A stretch of 63,925 nucleotides of DNA, filler included, from Folioceros fuciformis (taxonomy: Eukaryota), in NCBI GenBank assembly GCA_049999805.1. It is 8 parts of 8 records of this genome, joined end to end, with 100 filler letters (N's around TTAATTAATTAA, not from the genome) between each part and the next. Parts side by side here need not be neighbours in the genome. Positions count along the whole stretch, not along the records: positions 59,743 to 63,925 come from JBNGIO010005438.1; 7 more parts are not named here. The stretch is one strand, 5' to 3'. A model generated the notes under the pieces. That model had not been told where the DNA came from. It did no database searches and saw nothing but the letters and a program-made list of their open reading frames with translations. Shown here piece by piece: positions 60,491 through 63,925 of this stretch. How positions within the stretch are numbered: the stretch's first letter is position 1; each line of letters starts with the position of its first letter. Position numbers and translations under genes: made by a program.

Positions 60491-62105
60491 AGCAGCAACG
60501 GCCGCGGCCCCTCTTGTTGGTTTGGCCTCCTTCGCCCAATATCCAGCACCCTCAGCCGCTGCCCCTGCTGTTGGTTCCACCTCCACCGGCCTTCCTCCAG
60601 CAAGGTTGGTCGCTGCTCCTCCTATTCTTCCGACCTCCATCGGCCATATTCCGCCAGCAACTACTACTACCTCCACAGCTCTCCCCACTATCTGCAGCCA
60701 CACCTACTCCTCCTCCTATGTTAGCCTCCACTGGCCACCCTCCGGCCACAACAGCCACTGCCNNNNNNNNNNCATGTCGCTCCTACTATGTTAGCCTCCA
60801 CTGGCCACCCTCCGGCCACTGCCTCCCCAGGTGTGTCCCTACTATCTGCGGGGCCACGTCCACCCTCGCCCTCCTCCCGATTCCCGCTCACCAATACCAC
60901 AACACCTGCATCTTCCCCATCCCGCTGCGATGGGCTCCATTCCTCATCTCCATCTTCTTCATATTGCCTTGTGATTTCCTCCATTCCTACACCCCACACA
61001 CACCCGCTTCTACAGCTATCGTAGCCTTCTCTTCCCCGATGACGTTAAGTCGCTGCTCCGCGATCGCTTTGCAGCCCTTGTCTACAACCCTCACTTTGCA
61101 GCCCTTGCCTGCAACCCGCAGCCCTCCACTGCAACCCCCAGATGTCTGCACCAACCTCACGTTCCAGGTCGCAGATGTTGCAGCCCTCACCCCTTGCACT
61201 GCGTGTGTAGGGTTGCACCCTGCACTCCGCGCTATACTTCCAACCTCGCCCCTACACCCCTCTCAACTTGCAACCCTCCCCACCTCGCCCCTGCGCTGAT
61301 TGCAGCCCACGCTGCCTGCATCCGCCGTCCACCATGGTAACTCCCGATGCTCACATCCAGCACAAAGGCCGCCGCCGGAGCTTGCACCGGTTGCAACTAC
61401 AAGTGCGGTGCAACTAGGCCTTAATGTCACCACGGAGCCCTGCACACATTGCAATCGGGTCAATTCCCAGCAACTGTCGCCTCTAGCTATGGGAGCTCAC
61501 CCTGCGTGGCGGCCGCCGACACCTCCAACCCTCTCTCCTTCTCGACGTCCCCTTCGTATGATTCGCCACCCTCCAAATGCCGACTCCAATAGGATGCCGA
61601 AAGTAGCACGCAGCGGTGGAAGCAGCTTGCCCAGATCCTACAACACACAGCTCCTGGCTGCCACAACGTTCCTCTCCACCCTCCCGCATGCACGCTCAAC
61701 CACGGGTAGATCACTCCCACGAGGAAGGCGCCGCACTATGTTTTTCGGGTCGCCAATGCTTGCAATCATAGCCCGTCTCCCGCTCGACACCAAAACGAAA
61801 CCCTCCATAGCCGGATGCCTTGTCTACCCTCGTCAGTTGTCGCAGATGCACCCTCCCTACACTGGTATGCACTACACGATTTCACAATGCATAGTCCACT
61901 TAGCGACCCTATCGGCCCAAGACGGGCTGCCATTCTTGCTTGTTGGACTGCTTGCTACTCTGATGGTTATAGCTGGTTGTCACAAAGATTTCCCCGAGAT
62001 GTCTCACCTCTTGTTAATAGGCCATTTCCTCTTTTTTTTTTGCACCTGTTACATTTCCATGTAACCCCGCATCCACATCCCGTCATGCCCAACACCCCTA
62101 TCTAA

Positions 62106-62480
62106 TCAGGCCTTCCCACCTAATCGCCTAATCGTGTTTCCAGCAAACATCGTGGCCCACAGCCGACCAGATCCATCCACTAGCAGAACTCGAAATCTGT
62201 ACATGAACGTTCGCACCTCCTTGCCATCCTCCACATTTCCCACCTTGCGCGCTGTGTACTGCAATCTTGCACTGCTTGCAGCGCACATACAGGATGGCGC
62301 GGGAGGTGTTGATATCCCTCATGACTGCCACAAGTTGGAACTCACAACCATTTACGAGACTGTCTCCATGGATACTGCCTCCTCAAACTGACGAATCGTC
62401 CACGTGTCCTTTGTTGTATCGCCGCTTGCAGGATTGCATGCTTCTCGAGAAGGGTTTCCCCATCCATTGCGCAACCGTAG
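62106..62480 (-). pseudogene. Second degenerate RPA70 C-terminal-like fragment
   Basis: Joining two frames gives RAILYVRCKQCKIAVHSAQGGKC/EDGKEVRTFMYRFRVLLVDGSGRLWATMF. Confidence 0.6.
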
Positions 62481-62950
62481 TCCCTTTGGTGGGGCTGTTG
62501 AGCGGAAACATGTCCTTGCCCGCAGCTCGTGACCACCCACACCCTTTAGCTTCACACGCCTTCTCCCGCGGTGGGGCTTAACTTTTTATATACTACAATA
62601 TGTCATTGAATAATGGCATACAGTTGTCCTTCACGCCTCGGTGGCGGCATCGTCTACCCTCACGTGGTGTAAAATGCATGGCTTGCTACCTCTCTACCCC
62701 CCATCCCCGCCCCATGTCCATCACATCTCTTCACTACACACTACCGATTCAAACATCGTGTATTATGCCCTTCTCAACCTCCACTACACCCTTAAACAAT
62801 ATTCTCATTTATATACCAATATATATACATATGTGCACCACACCGTATATAGGTTCCTTGTTTCAAGTGTTCTCGGTTGTGACATGACATCCATAGTCCT
62901 TGCTGGGCCATCAATATAAGTTAGAATTGCTAACGCGGAAGCAGATGCAT

Positions 62951-63925
62951 TGAAAATGATCTATTAGCAAATTAATTAGGTGGATACAAAGGTAGGCCTT
63001 AAGCAGCAGTTTACGAAGGGGTGTGCCCTTTGACTAACCTACCAGTTAACTAACTACACTTATAACTATATCTAGTTAGGCTAACCAACGTAATACAGAA
63101 CCACGTGGTCTGCCTTATATTCCAACTCTCCCTCTCAGACACGTGTTGATTGCTGTTAGAAGAGAGCCCCTAAGTACAAACGGAGATCACTGCTATTGAC
63201 GCCAAGCTTTACACATCTTCAAAACGGCTATCACCTAGAGTCGGTAGTCCTCACTCTTGTAGAGCCTGTAGTCTACAAGATCTCACAAAGTAGAACACCA
63301 CTCCAGTGACCATAAGAGAAGCATGCCAATTGCTTCATATCATCAACCTAAGTGACCGAATATTTGTGTAGTGAAAGGTCCTACCAAATAAGTGATTTGT
63401 CTAGTGTCACGTATCTACTACAATCCGCCAAACTAAGCCCTTCTCTGTGAAAATAGTGTTTGAACTTTGGCAAGGACTTGGTCATGACATCTGTTATGTT
63501 GTCGTCGGTAGGTATATATTGAACCTTGGCGATACCTCTCTTAGTAGCATCCCTAATATAATGATGTTGAATTTCTATATGCTTGGTGCGTGCATGGAAG
63601 ATGGGGTTAGCAACCAAAGCAATTGCTGACATGTTGTCACAATGCAAGACTGTTGGCCCTTCTTGCTTCATACCCAAGTCTTCACTAAGCTTTCTTTCCC
63701 ACTCAGCCTCCTTAGTGGCTTCGGTGAGTGTCTTGTACTCAAACTCTATGGAAGACAGGGAGATGGCTGCTTGTTTTTTACATGACCAGTTAACTACAGA
63801 GGAGTTGGCCAGAGAACAATAAGCTGATATACTTTTTCGGGTGTCCACATCGGAAGCCCAATCTGCATCTACATAACTAGTTAGCTGCAGATGCTTCTTC
63901 CCGCTTGGCATATAGCAAAGGCCAT
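62951..63925 (-). mobile_element. 3' end of a Ty1/Copia element (RNase H, PPT, probable 3' LTR)
   Basis: YVDADWASDVDTRKS...WSCKKQ...CDNMSAIALVANPIFHARTKHIEIQHHYIR...DVMTKSL (63381-63911). PPT GAGAGGGAGAG 63126-63136. Probable LTR 62951-63125 ending CATTTTCA, like the LTRs of the Copia at 23-29 kb. Confidence 0.88.

Noticed and set aside
60086-62064. Long Pro/Ala/Thr-rich ORFs (extensin/AGP-like)
   Set aside because: Frames switch, no signal peptide, and tandem-repeat origin; more likely TE-derived low-complexity DNA.

Overview
Eukaryotic, repeat-rich plant nuclear DNA, probably from a non-seed land plant (inferred from short GT-AG introns, the gene families and the TE spectrum). Seven artificial 100-nt N/TTAATTAATTAA spacers split it into eight segments, so adjacency across them is not evidence of linkage. 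Host genes: a complete 5-exon isoflavone-reductase-like (PIP/NmrA family) gene, a truncated mitochondrial bL28 gene, an intronless BTB-SPRY gene, a secreted bulb-type (GNA-like) lectin, a BPS1/ROH1 (DUF793) family gene and the 3' part of a clade-D PP2C. Mobile DNA: a full-length decayed Copia with LTRs, PBS, PPT, a CTCCA TSD and an extra ORF before gag; a gag-deleted Ty3/Gypsy chromovirus plus an inverted LTR copy; a 1.8-kb solo LTR inside a telomere-like minisatellite; a LINE ORF1 remnant; a CRE-like RT/REL element; MULE-SWIM and RPA70-like fragments; many tandem repeats. The most notable signal is split across small ORFs in the track: an intron-containing, decayed gene on the minus strand (~9.06-10.55 kb) whose stitched translation has the motif order of a prokaryote-type beta-class N4-cytosine/N6-adenine DNA methyltransferase. 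An alpha-amylase gene fragment with introns and localized C>T/G>A hypermutation are also visible.
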